In this document: one piece after another, positions 11,539-24,742 of the stretch
Position numbering within the stretch: the first letter of the stretch is position 1
Layout of the letters: each line of letters starts with the position of its first letter
DNA from: Chrysomallon squamiferum
Lineage: Eukaryota; Animalia; Mollusca
Reading direction: 5' to 3'
DNA length: 64,000 bases
NCBI GenBank assembly: GCA_012295275.1
Contig: CM022676.1
Span: 12,152,001-12,216,000 of the forward strand
Translations under genes and position numbers: made by a program
Notes under the pieces: generated by a model
The model's input: only the letters and a program-made list of their open reading frames with translations
Database searches by the model: none
Told to the model about the DNA's origin: nothing

Positions 11539-12299
11539 GCTGGAAATGTAACTTTATTCGGCAGTAAGGGATATACTGACTTGGAGAATGATATTGGTGT
11601 CAAACGCTCCTCTTTGAAATTGCATACTGATGCTGCTGAAGTATCAAAGGACGTGTTGGCGGTTTCTGAAGTTACGAAGAGCAAATGGCTAAGAACAGAG
11701 CTACGTTGATTTCAATCTTAGACGTCATTGTTGTCTTAAGACAAAGAAATATCACATGCAGATACGCACACTCACACACCTATATACACGCACGCACGCA
11801 CACATAGCAGAGATAGCTAACGTGTGCACGCCTATAGGGTAGGAACTATGTTAAATAATTGTCTTGGCAAAGGTTTTGTGCAACAGCTATAAAACATTAT
11901 CTGGAACGGGAAATCTCTAACAATTCAGTAAAATAACTGATCATACACCACTAACCACTGGGCAACCTCTAACCTAGTCATCTCGTGACTTTATGTTAAA
12001 AGAAGACTTGTTTTCTTTCTTTTTTTATCCTTTCTTTCTTTTTCTTTTTGTTTTACTTTCACTCATTCATTCATTCATTTTTTTCTTTCGTTCGTTCTTT
12101 CCTAAATTTAAGAGAATTGTTTTAAATAATCATGATATAATGGTGTCGGTGTAATATTAATAAGTAACTGTTATAGTTTGGAAATACTGATGCAGTTATT
12201 AGGTTTCTCATTAGTATTGCTATTGTTGTTCTTGTCACTGCTGGTGTTTTTTAATGAATATAACAATAAATATAAAGGCCTAACAATTATCTTTATTAA

Positions 12300-12880
12300 T
12301 GGTGGCGAAATTTGCTTTTCCCGCGTAACCCTGATCGAAATTGTCCGATAGTAGCCGAATAGTTCCGAGTACTAGATTAGACGAGAATACGTGATTAAAA
12401 TAATTTCACGTAGCAAGTATAAAGGAACAGTCCATGAAATACAAATATAAACGTGTAGCCATGTTTCTCAGTTCGCATTTTTGAGCGATTGAAAACTGTA
12501 ACGTAGTATTTAGTTTCTCCACATAATAAGAAATTGTCACAGTAATAAAGAGAAGTTTTGACTATAGTTGTAGAAATAAGAACAAAAAATAATTAAAAAT
12601 ATATAAACGGAGAAACAATAATTGGAGACATTACAGTGATTACTATTCATATTGTTATAGTAAGTATTTTGATTTTCAAGGACAAAAACTTGACCTGATT
12701 TAGTCATCAGTTCTCTTCTGCAATATTGCAGGTAGTAATATTTCAACAACAATCAATACAATTTCTCAGTCCGTTCTTAATGGTTATTCCGCCATCGTTC
12801 TTCGATAATCTCCGGATTTCACGCTATGGGGAACCACCCCTGACTTATCAAAGCATGAATTTCCAAGAAATTTCGAGATT
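12300..12880 (+). promoter_or_regulatory. Candidate promoter / non-coding first exon region of the TTC3-like gene
   Basis: Local CpG enrichment in AT-rich DNA; E2F-like TTTTCCCGC at about 12316. The ATG exon has an acceptor at 13714-13715, implying an upstream untranslated exon. TSS not located. Confidence 0.3.
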
Positions 12881-13130
12881 TTTATGCTATTTTTAGCATT
12901 AAAATTCCAATTTTCACTTTCATGTGTCTTAAGTCTTACACACTTTTTGCTTTAGTTAAAATACTGAAACTTGTAATAAGTGAAACTGAAATATATTTTT
13001 AAATTATGTGATTATGTAGCTTTGTTCTGTCAAATCAGTGATTGAGAAATTGAAATTTTTTCTTAATTTGTAATCCTCTCTTCAGAAACAGTTGTAATAA
13101 ATTTGTGTTAAATTATCTATTTCTGTTTTA

Positions 13131-13161
<31 letters not shown>

Positions 13162-13739
13162 TTTTTTGATATAGCGTTGTATGTATCAATATTTATTTAT
13201 ACTGAAATCAAGTAAAGACAAAATGCCCCTACAATATTCTCTCACAATAGATTACTGCAGCAAAAAAATATAATAATAATACAAAAAAAGAGAAAAATAA
13301 TAAACAAAAAGATATGAAATGCACAAAAAATGAAATAATAACTAATACTTGTTGAAGTAATTATAATTTTTTTCTTTTTTTTCTTCATATTTTTACTTGA
13401 GTATTGTTATTGACATGTGACAGTGTTAAAGACTGTTTTAATGAAATGTCATCCTTGGGGTCACTGAAACAAATTTTTTTTAATAAATAAGAGTATAACT
13501 CATTAAAATATATCTTTTAGTGAAAGACAGTCTAAATATATTTTGACATTTCAAGTTGTTTGTTTTATTTTTTTATACTTTTATTCTCACTCCCAATTTG
13601 ATAATGAAATATAACTTTAACAACAAATAAGTTCAGCTTTTTCCTTTACTCATGTACAGTATGGATTATTATTATTATATTTTTTTTTTTAAGTTTTTTT
13701 TCTTTTTTCTTTTAGGAAAAATAAATAAAACCTTCCAAA

Positions 13740-14106
13740 ATGAGTAATTGTGATGATGTGCCAGAGCTTACAGATGATTCTGATGATGAAGTTCAAACTA
13801 CAGCCAAACTAGAACCAAAAATCTCAACCAGAGGTAAGCTTTGATGTACAAATAATGAAATACGGTAAAAAAAAGAAGAAAGAAGTTTTATTTAATACTC
13901 ACAGAAACACCACTGAACAGTGATTTTTTATGCTTCTCAAATATATATATATATATAGTATTGTATGGTATTATGTGATGAAATTAATGCCCATTTTTAT
14001 TGTGTGTGTGTGTGTGCACATATATATATAGTAGACAAATGTTAAGTATTGTTTATAAAACACATACACTTTTTTTTTTTAATTATTAAAAGTTATATTA
14101 CTTTTG

Positions 14107-14152
<46 letters not shown>

Positions 14153-15543
14153 GTTTTTTTTATTAAAGAACACAAATGTAGAAAGAGATGAAAACAAAGC
14201 TTTTCATATTTATTTTAAGCAACTGAATGAGCAATACTTTTTAAAACTTTTTTGATTAGTTGCAAATCCAAATTAAAAGTTTTAACATCTAGTTTACAAA
14301 TTATAATAATTATTTAAAACAGTTTTAACATCTAGTTTACAAATCATAATAATTATTTAAAACAGTTTTAACATCTAGTTTACAAATTATAATAACTGTT
14401 AAAAACAATTTTAACACTTCAGCTGCTTATGTACAAAAGTGGACACAGGCCTCACCAGAGATGAAGTCCAAACTGAAGTGTTTCACCTTCTGTCCACTGC
14501 TGTTTGGCTTTGATGGCAACGTACCTCAGCGCTGGATTACCTCCCTTCACGACAGTGGTTTGTTGATTACAAAGAACAGGTTAGCTTTTATTTAGATATT
14601 TATTTACTTACTTACTATTTATTGTTTGTTTGTTTATTTATTTATTTATTATTATTTTTTTTATTATTTTTATTATTATTATTATTATTATTATTGTTTA
14701 ATATTTTCCTCTATCATCTGAGTCTGGTGTTTAAATGAGAATGTATCTGAAGAAAATGAAATTAAAATTAAAATAATAGAAAAAAAAATCTCATCCATAA
14801 CAAAAAAAAAAAAAGTGTACAGAGACACACAGAGCAAGAGACAGACAGATAAATAAATAAAATATTTTAGATTTTATTATTTATTTTTTCTACATTAGAG
14901 TTGTACCTATTTTACTTGTTACATGCTTTCCCATTTATATGATGTATACATTTACTTTTAGCCTATTTATGTGTTTATTTATTTACTTATATGTTTATTT
15001 ATCTATTTATTTGTTTATTTACTTATTTATTTTTTGTTTATCTAACACTTACTTATTTATTATTTATTTATTTATTGAGTTATTTACGCATTATTTACTT
15101 ATTTATTTATTTACTTATTTATTTGTTTATTTATTACAGAGAAAAAGAAGTGACCTCACTGTCTAAAGAAGAGTGGTACATTACTGACCTTGTTGAAATA
15201 GTTTTTGAATTTCTGGAAAAAAAACTGGTAAACCTATAAAAGTAGCTGATAAATACTTCAGATTAGTTTTAACAACCTGAAATATTTGAAATTAATTAAC
15301 AATTTGCATATCCAAAGGTGACAGGAGCTTGAACTTGAATTTTGACATATTTGAAGAAAGTGCAGTAATCTGTGACGAGAGATACTTCACATTGTATTTC
15401 TGTGGTTCTAGAGAACACTTGTTTTGATTAATTGTCTATCAGTAGTATTCTCAACAGTTCTGAACTTGTAGACAGATCTGGTGATACTTTACAGTATGCA
15501 TAAAATGTACTAATAACATTATTTTAAAAAAAATAACTCAATA

Positions 15544-15589
<46 letters not shown>

Positions 15590-18500
15590 TATTGATAAAG
15601 ATTTAATCAAGTCCAGTAAAAGTTAAATCTTTTTGAAGGAACTGCTCTTTGAAGGAAGCTAAATTATGGTAAATAAGAAATTTTGAGTGAGATAAATACA
15701 ACTAATTAATTGATACAGAATGGTGATTGATGTATAATTAAATGTCTTTCTTTGTATTACAAAGGATAATTCATTCATTCATTTGCTTATTTGTAATCTA
15801 ATAATGGAAGTTTAACAAGCTGAAATATTTTAAATTAATTTACATCTTGCATGTTGAAACTGATGATATAAATTTGCTGGGTTGGAACAAAGGTTTGTAG
15901 TGTTTAGGCAAGTTCTGAGAGGATGAATTCATTAAGCTGTCTCCAATATGGTGAAAGTTGCAGAACTAAATGGCACATATCAGATTTAATAAATCTATGT
16001 ACAAATATTTAAATATTGTTTTTGAATTTTAATTAAAAAGCACTAAATACTTCTGTTCTGACCTGACGTATATATTTGTGTGTCTGTCTGTGTGTTTTCA
16101 TTAATGACTGGACAGAAAGAAGAAAGGTTTCTGATGCAGCTGAGTATATTTATGAATGCATCTGTTAATTTCTATTTAATTAATTACTAATAGAAAGAAG
16201 AAAGGTTTCTGATGCAGCTGAGTATATTTATGAATGCTTCTGTTAATTTCTATTTAATTAATTACTAACAGAAAGAAGAAAAGTTTCTGATGAAGGCTCT
16301 AGATTTCATAGACAGGATTGAAGAAAGTTCTGAATCTATTAACATTCATGAGACAATTGCACTGTTCAAAGAACATGAGGAACTGTCCAATATTGGGTAA
16401 ACAATTTGTTTACTTTATCTCTGCAACAGTTCACTGTTACTGTGCAGTGGCAGAGAGAGAAAAAGAAAATGTGTGTGAGAATGTGTATGTATGTATCTGC
16501 ATGATACATTGTTTTGGCATTTGTGTATAAGTCTGAAAGTGTTTACATGCATCTATAAATGAATGAACATGATATAGTTTTAGGAGTTTTAATGAAATAA
16601 CCTGTTGTAATAAGTCTAGTGCTTTTCTGTCCATCAACAGTAATGTGAAGTAATTTAAATATCTGTATTTCAGGAAGGAAATTATATCCATGGAAAAAGA
16701 TTTCAGAAAAACAGAGACTCAGCTGTATTTTGCTGTTATCTACATTTTCAAAAACTGTAAGCCTTTCATAACTTTAAAACAAATAGTTAACTTTAATTTA
16801 ATACAAAGAAACAGTTTATATCTGGTTATATATAAAAGATATGAAATATTATTTTCATGTGTTTTGGAAATTAAAAACTTTCTGAGAAGTTGACGATATT
16901 TACAGTTGTAGGTAAGTTTATAATTTCATGTTTATTTGCACTGTTTTATCATCAGCTAGCTCGATGTTCAAAATTACTGAAACCAAATCAGTCTCTACCT
17001 TAATAGCTATAATTACTTGTTTCTGATAAAATGGTAAACTTTATTATAAATCAGAAATTTCAAATTTACTACAATATTCTGTAAATGATAGCAGTGTTGT
17101 GCTGTTGTTTTCATAGAAAAAACAGAAAACAAAAACAAAACATGTCTCACATTTCTAACTTGGAGTATCCAAATGTAATTTAATGTTTTTAGTTAAAAGT
17201 TTTCACTTTTTATCTTTCTAAAAATGCTTAAGTGAAACTGAATGGTCTTTGTTTTTCAGATCAGATATATATTTTATGTTAAAAAGTAAAATAAATAAAA
17301 ATAATTTGTTTTTCTCTGAATATGTGCATCTTTCAGGTTTTGAAAAAGTAGTTAAAGTAAAATTAAATGTTGTTTGTGTTTCAGATCACACACATGTTTT
17401 AGACTTTGGTCAGGACAACATCATCACATCAGAAAAAGTGATGAAACAGTTTAAAATAAAAAAGGTTGGTTGATGCTGTTCGGTGTTTCTGTAGTTGATT
17501 CAGTAACTTTGTGTAGGTGTCTTTCATTGTGTTATTTGTTATATGCAGGGTCACATAACTGATCTGTTACATCTTAATATTAATAAGTAGCTATACTCAA
17601 ACAAGAATAAAACAAACATAAAGAAATGTGCTATATATCTATATCTGTATATATATATTTATATAATATCTTTGTTTCTTTCATCTCAGCTCAGTGTTGA
17701 CATTTCATAACTAAACCAGTCACTAAGAAATGTAAAAATGTTGACATTACATAACTAAACCAGTCACTAAGAAATGTAAAAATGTTGACATTACATAACT
17801 AAACCAGTCACTAAGAAATGTAAAAATGTTGACATTACATAACTAAACCAGTCACTAAGAAATGTAAAAGTGTTCACACTAGATAACTAAGCCAATCACT
17901 AAACAATGTGAAAGTGTTGACACTAAGTAGTGGAAGTATTGTTTGATGTTGTTTACAGAATGTCACAGAGGACAAGATCAGACGACTGAAAGAGAAGGGA
18001 AACAAGACATTCAATGAAAACAAGTTCAAAAAAGCTGTTGAGTTTTACACAGAAGCAATAAAAATGGAGTAAATACATTAAAATGTCTATTTGTATGTCA
18101 GTGTGTGTAAATATAAAATGTGTATATTTGTGTGTGAATGCATGTGTATAGTGTGTAAATGTGTATGTATAAAATGTCTATATTTGTGTGTGAATGCATG
18201 TGTATAGTGTGTAAATATGTATGTATAAAATGTCTACCTGTGTAAGTGTGTAGTGTATGTGAATATGTGTGTGTTTAAACATACAAAATTAGTGTACATG
18301 AATTGTATTTGTGTGGGTGTCTGTGTGTATGTGTGTGTATGGTCCTCATTTTGTGATAGAAATAACTGTATTTATTGCATATTAAAAATAGCTCCACAAC
18401 AAAAATAAATAAGAATATTCTTAGTTCCAGTAAGGGTGTATCAGTTTCGTGATAACAAGAACAAATATTTGACAAGATGAGTTGTTCAGTGTTTTTTAAA

Positions 18501-20258
18501 AATTGATGGCAAACAACAAACACTTCTGGAAACTGAGTGGATGGGAATTTGTTCTAAAATTCTTAAAACTTGTTTTCTGTTTTCTTTTTAGTCCATTAAA
18601 TCATATTTGCTATGGCAACCGAGCCCAGGCACAGCTGGCATTGACGAGATACAGGTATGTCTGAGTACAAATCTACAAGTTTTTAGCTTCTGTCCTTCAG
18701 TACTTCAATCTGTTTCATTTGTATTGAAACGAAAGACTGAAAATTCTGATTCTTTAAGGTGAGCTACCTTCTGCATTAAAAAGGCTAAACTCAAAGTAGT
18801 AATTTTGTAAGCTGTAGATTGTTGAAATTAATATTTATGCTGCAGGTTTTACTTACCTAATGTTTATTTAAGCTGCAGATTTTACTTAACTGATGTTTAA
18901 GCTGTAGGTTGTACTTGACTAATGTTTGTTTAAGTTGTAGGTTTTACTTATGTTTATTTAAGCTGCAGATTTTACTTAACTATAATGTTTATTTAAACTG
19001 TAGGTTGTACTTAACTGTAATGTTTATTAAGCTGTAGTTTATACTTAACTGTAAATTTTATTGAACTACATGACATGTCTAATTTTTTGGTTTCATTTCA
19101 GAGAAGCTTTGTGTGATAGTAAAAGATGCATTATTATCGACAAGACCTGGGCAAAGGTGAACCTCAATGTGTTAATATACTTACTGTAATGTTAATTTAA
19201 ATGAACTTACTTAGCTTAGACAAGTAGTGCTAAAAAAATAAAATAGAGGTTCCTGCTGATGATGATAATGATAATAATAAATATAATAAATAATAATGTA
19301 TTATTTCTTCTTTTTGTTTTTTCCTAACTAAAAATATTACAGAAAATTATTTGATCATGACATCAGAAGAAAATTAAGAGATAGATCTTCATTAGTTATT
19401 ATTTGTTCCACTTTATTATTAGGAAAGCATAGTGTTCAGTAATAATTTATCACACAAGACTGTTTTTCGTCTACAAAAATACACTTTAAGAGCCGACAGA
19501 AAATATATTTTCTACAGCTAATGTTCACAGTCTGTTGCTATGTTACAGGGTTACTATAGATACGCTGAGGCTTGTTTTGAGCTGGGAATGCTAGAGAAGG
19601 CTCTGGAGGTGAATCACCGTGGCCGAAGCCAGTGTAGTCTGGACAGAGATGAGGTGTCTCTCAAACAGCAGAGAGACAGACTTAAAGACGGTGAGACAGC
19701 AAACAGAGTCACGTTTTTTTGTTTTTCAATACATAACTGAAAGTGTATTATTGTAACAAGCTATTATAACAGTACACTGTTGCATTGAAATATTTGAAAA
19801 AGCTAAGTTAGCTTGTTAGTAATGTTTCAGTGATTGTTGACGTGTGTGTCAGTGAAGATCATAGAACAATCTTGTGACTGAACATTTCAGTGAAGATCTT
19901 TTTGGTTTTGTCTTTGTTTTTCTAGAAAAGGAAAAATTGTTGAACGAGAAAAAGAAAAGCAACTTGAAGAAAAGGTAAGCAGTAATTTTATGAAAACACT
20001 TTGTTCACTTTTCATTATTTTATTTTACTTTTTATTTTTATTGTTATTGTTATTGTTATTGTGGTTGTTGTTTTATTATTGTCACAGTTTGTTATTTCTT
20101 TGTTGTTATTGTTATTAATATTACTATTATTGTTGTTGTCAGTGCCAAATATACATTAAAAAAACATTAATATTTGTCAGATGATATGATATTTTCCAGT
20201 TTATTATTATCATCATCATCATCATCATCATTATTATTATTGTTTTATTATTATTATC

Positions 20259-20290
<32 letters not shown>

Positions 20291-20332
20291 TACTATAGTT
20301 ATTATTATTATTACTATTACTATTACTATTAC

Positions 20333-20375
<43 letters not shown>

Positions 20376-23300
20376 GCCCACGACTATTATTATCAATGTT
20401 ATTACTATTATTATTATTGTTGTTATTACAGAGAACACCCAGGACTGACCAGTGTTTCAAGTGAAGATTCAGACAGTGAAGACGTAAGCATGTTTTATTA
20501 TGTTGAAATCAGTCGCTAGTTTTACATAGACTAAAATAAAATGTTAAATAGCTTATTAAATAATTTTAGTTTTGTTTTGTGTAAGCTTCTGATATATCTG
20601 TTTTACACAAAGACAATCACTAATGTGCACACACACACACACACACACAGACACCACACCCACACACTCACACAGTGAAGTGTATGTGTATAGTAAGAAA
20701 TGATGTCTGTGATTTCAGGAGTTGAATGGAGTTATCTCAGATTCTGATGATGGACAATCTGTCTTAAAGGTATATCATCATCATCATCATCATTATCATC
20801 GAAATTATAATTATTCTTATCAGCATCATCATTATTTTTATCATCATCATAATTTTTATAAATATTACAGTTACTGTTTTGTTACTGTTGTTGTTCTTAT
20901 TTATTTATTTCTGTTGTCACAGAAGTACACACTTTTGAAATGTGGTGCTGTAAGAATCAAATAAAACAGTTAAATAAAAGAAAGTTTGTACACAACTGTT
21001 TCTTCAGCTTGACATGTTGACTTCACCTCATTGTACAGTTCATACAATTTTAAATAATTTCTTAACATTACAAAGTGTTTCAAATGTTTCTAAATAAATC
21101 AACTTTTGTTACCAATTTTAAAATGTTTCTGTGATAAACACTTTGTAATTATGATTATTGTAGATATATAGTTCAAAATATTGCACATCAGATGTTTACA
21201 TGTTTATTATTAGATACATGTTATTTTATTTTATTTTATTTATTTGGTTAATTGGTTTAATTTATTTATTTTTTTGTTTCTGTTGATATATTTAATTTTT
21301 TTTTTTTTCTTTCAGGTTAACAGATTAAAGACAAAATGTAAAGTTAGAAAGAGAATTGTGCCTGATTTCAAACAGGCGATGTTGGAGGGGTCTGAGGCGA
21401 TGTTAAAGGAATCGTACAGCGTAGCTGTGTCACACTACCAGAAAGCTGTGGAGACTTACAACACCACACAGCTTCTTGTAAGTTAGACATTTAGCAAACA
21501 GTTCAGAGAGAAAATCTTTCTTTTTAAAAAGCATTAGAAATTTTATATCAAAGACATTTAGCAAACAGTTCAGAGAGAAAATCTTTGTTTTTGAAAAGCA
21601 TTAGAAATTTTATATCAATAAAGACATTTAGCAAACAATTCAGAGAGAAAATCTTTGTTTTTAAAAAGCATTAGAAATTTTATATCAAAAAGACATTTAG
21701 CAAACAATTCAGAGAGAAAAATCTTTGTTTTTAAAAAGCATTAGAAATTTTATATCAAAGACATTTAGCAAACAATTCAGAGAGAAAATCTTTGTTTTTA
21801 AAAAGCATTAGAAATTTTATATCAATAAAGACATTTAGCAAACAATTCAGAGAGAAAATCTTTCTTTTTAAAAAGCATTAGAAATTTTATATCAAAGACA
21901 TTTAGCAAACAATTCAGAGAGAAAATCTTTGTTTTTAAAAGGCATTAGAAATTTTATATCAATAACTGAGCTTGGTTTACAAAATATTTGTTAGTTCTTT
22001 GTCCAGATATTTTTTCATTTGTTTTATTCATATATTTATTTCATTTTTAAAAAGATATTTTCACATAACTAAAAATATAATTTATACATTTTGTTCTTGA
22101 AGTCTAAGTTATTTATATAGCTTTCAAAAAAGATATTTCACATATTTGTTCAAATATTATTTCCTCATTGTTTCCTAATAGCACAAATAAAAAATAACAA
22201 AATAAACAAAAATGTTGAATGATATAAAATATATTTAGACTATTTCATATTATCACTTTGAAATATTTTGTTTTTTCTTCTTTTTTTCTTTAAGATTATA
22301 CAGTTTTCACATTTAGTGTTTTCTTTTGTTCTTTCTTCATCTGATATTAAACAGTGTTGTAAAAGACAGACAGAAAAACCTGATTTGTTTTTGTTTTACA
22401 GAGAGCACAAATAGAGTCAGTTGATGTTGTTGTCCTCAAATACGCTTACGGAATAGCTTCTGTCATGACAGTGCTCTACAAGGTATGTGATACTTTGTCG
22501 TTTGCTCAGCACTGTTTTTCAAGTACCAACTTCTGTACAGCACTGACTTATATGAAGCCACTATGCTTTGTTTCTAGCTCACTGAATACAAAAGACAGGG
22601 AACATAAAAATATAATGGTGTAGTGAATTTGGTCAAATTCGTCTCATGAATAACACCATTCATATTAAAGTGTTTGTTCATTGATTCTGTTTCAGAACAT
22701 AATGGCAGGAATAGACAGTTTTAACAGTATTATCAGTGACTTTAAATTTATCAAGTTTCCTGTCGTCTACTACGGACTTGGCAAGGCATACGTCACACTG
22801 AACAGGTAAATTAAATTATGTGTTATATCTCATGTTAACAGCAACACTTAGCTAAAAACAAAAAATAGTGTTTGTGTAAGTGTAATCTTTACACAGTCAG
22901 AGTTGTATGTCAAAAAAATATTAATGTTTGTCAAAATATTTATTTTCTGATTTATTATTGTTATTATTATTAGTATGATTATGAAATAAATGTTATTGTT
23001 ATTAGTTTTATTATTATTGATGTTAGTTTTCTTATTTTCATTTTCTTATTATTATTAATATTATCATTAAGTAAAACAAAGATGTCAGTTTCTTTTTATA
23101 CATCAAAGTTTTTCTATATTTATGCAATTAATACATCATTTGTCTAAATATTCCATCAAAGATTTTTTAAAATTTATTCATAATTATTTTTTATTTTTTT
23201 GTTTGTTTGTTTAGATTGCCATCTCCGAGTGTGTAAACACTTACATGTAATGTGTGTAATGACATGTAATGTGTGTAATGATATGTAATGTAATGACATG

Positions 23301-23981
23301 TAATGTGTGTAATGATATGTAATGTGTGTAATGACATGTAATGTGTGTAATGATATGTAATGTGTTTGTAATTTCAGGTTTTCTGAGGCAGTTAAATCAA
23401 TCAAGGAGGGTTTGTCAGCTTCTGAGAGTGGACAGTGTGTTACGTACAACTGGCCTGGTACTGACGTCATCATCGCTGAAACTGAACCATCACATCTTCA
23501 GGTTTGAAAACAAAAATAAATAAATAAATAAAAAGTAAATATTCACACAGAACAGTAAATATTGTGTATAGTTGTACAGTGTTTGCAAAATTTGTAACAT
23601 TATTACAAATACACTGTATACAGTAAATATTGTGTATAGTTGTACAGTGTTTGCAAAATTAGTAACATTATTACTAATACACTGTATACAGTAATTACTT
23701 TTGTTACAACAGTTCTATTCCAGTACTGTCACTACTTTGCTCTCAGTTTTACTACTTTTACTTTTATTATTGTTGCTACCACCAATACTACTACTACTAT
23801 TCATGCTGTTTCTACTGTCCTATTTATTTATTTGTGTATGTACATATATATATATATAAAAATTTATATATGTTTGTATTAATGTATTTATATATGTGTC
23901 TGTGTATTATATATGTATGTAACTATGTATGTATCTATTAAGTAAAATATATATATGTATGTATGAATATATGTATGTATA

Positions 23982-24013
<32 letters not shown>

Positions 24014-24053
24014 ACTGTGTGTGTGTGTATGTATGTATATATATGTATGTATG

Positions 24054-24086
<33 letters not shown>

Positions 24087-24379
24087 ATGTATGCATGTAT
24101 GTAACTATATGTATGTATGTATGTATATATATGTGTGTGTATGTATGTATGTATGTATATATATGTATGTATGTATTTATGTATGTATGTATGTATATAT
24201 ATGTATGTATGTATTTATATGTATGTAACTATATATATGTGTATGTATGTATGTATCTATGTATGTATGTATGTATGTAACTATATATGTATATATGTAT
24301 GTATATATATGTATGAAGGTATATATATGTGTATGTATGTATGTATGTATGTAACTATATATATGTATGTATGTATATG

Positions 24380-24416
<37 letters not shown>

Positions 24417-24711
24417 CTATATATATGTATGTATATATGTATATTTGTATGTATGTATATGTATATGTGTATGTATATATATATGTATGTATGTATATAT
24501 ATATATATGTATGTATGTATATATATATGTATATGTATGAATGTAACTATATATATGTATGTATATATGTATATATATGTATGTATGTATGTATATATAT
24601 GTATGTATGTATGTATATATATGTATATATGTATGTATGTATGTATGTATCTATGTATGTATGTAACTATATATATGTATGTATGTATGTATGTATATAT
24701 ATGTATGTATG

Positions 24712-24742
<31 letters not shown>

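Larger units (their letters stand above)
9666..11755 (+). mobile_element. hAT-superfamily (TTF zinc finger / DUF4371, ZMYM1/THAP12-like) transposon relic
   Basis: From 11138: FHTQTKGRRYLPSWESQFLWLKFSQTEHAAYCKYCMIF (TTF-type Zn finger), then FGSKGYTDLE..., and after a frameshift NRATLISILDVIVVLRQRNI (DUF4371-type NR..L..I motif). The left boundary (catggccgtaactac at 9666) is tentative. Confidence 0.7.

Noticed and set aside
20139-20464. Poly-Y/N/L ORFs (also 41473-41829, 53229-53423)
   Set aside because: (ATT)n/(GTT)n microsatellites.
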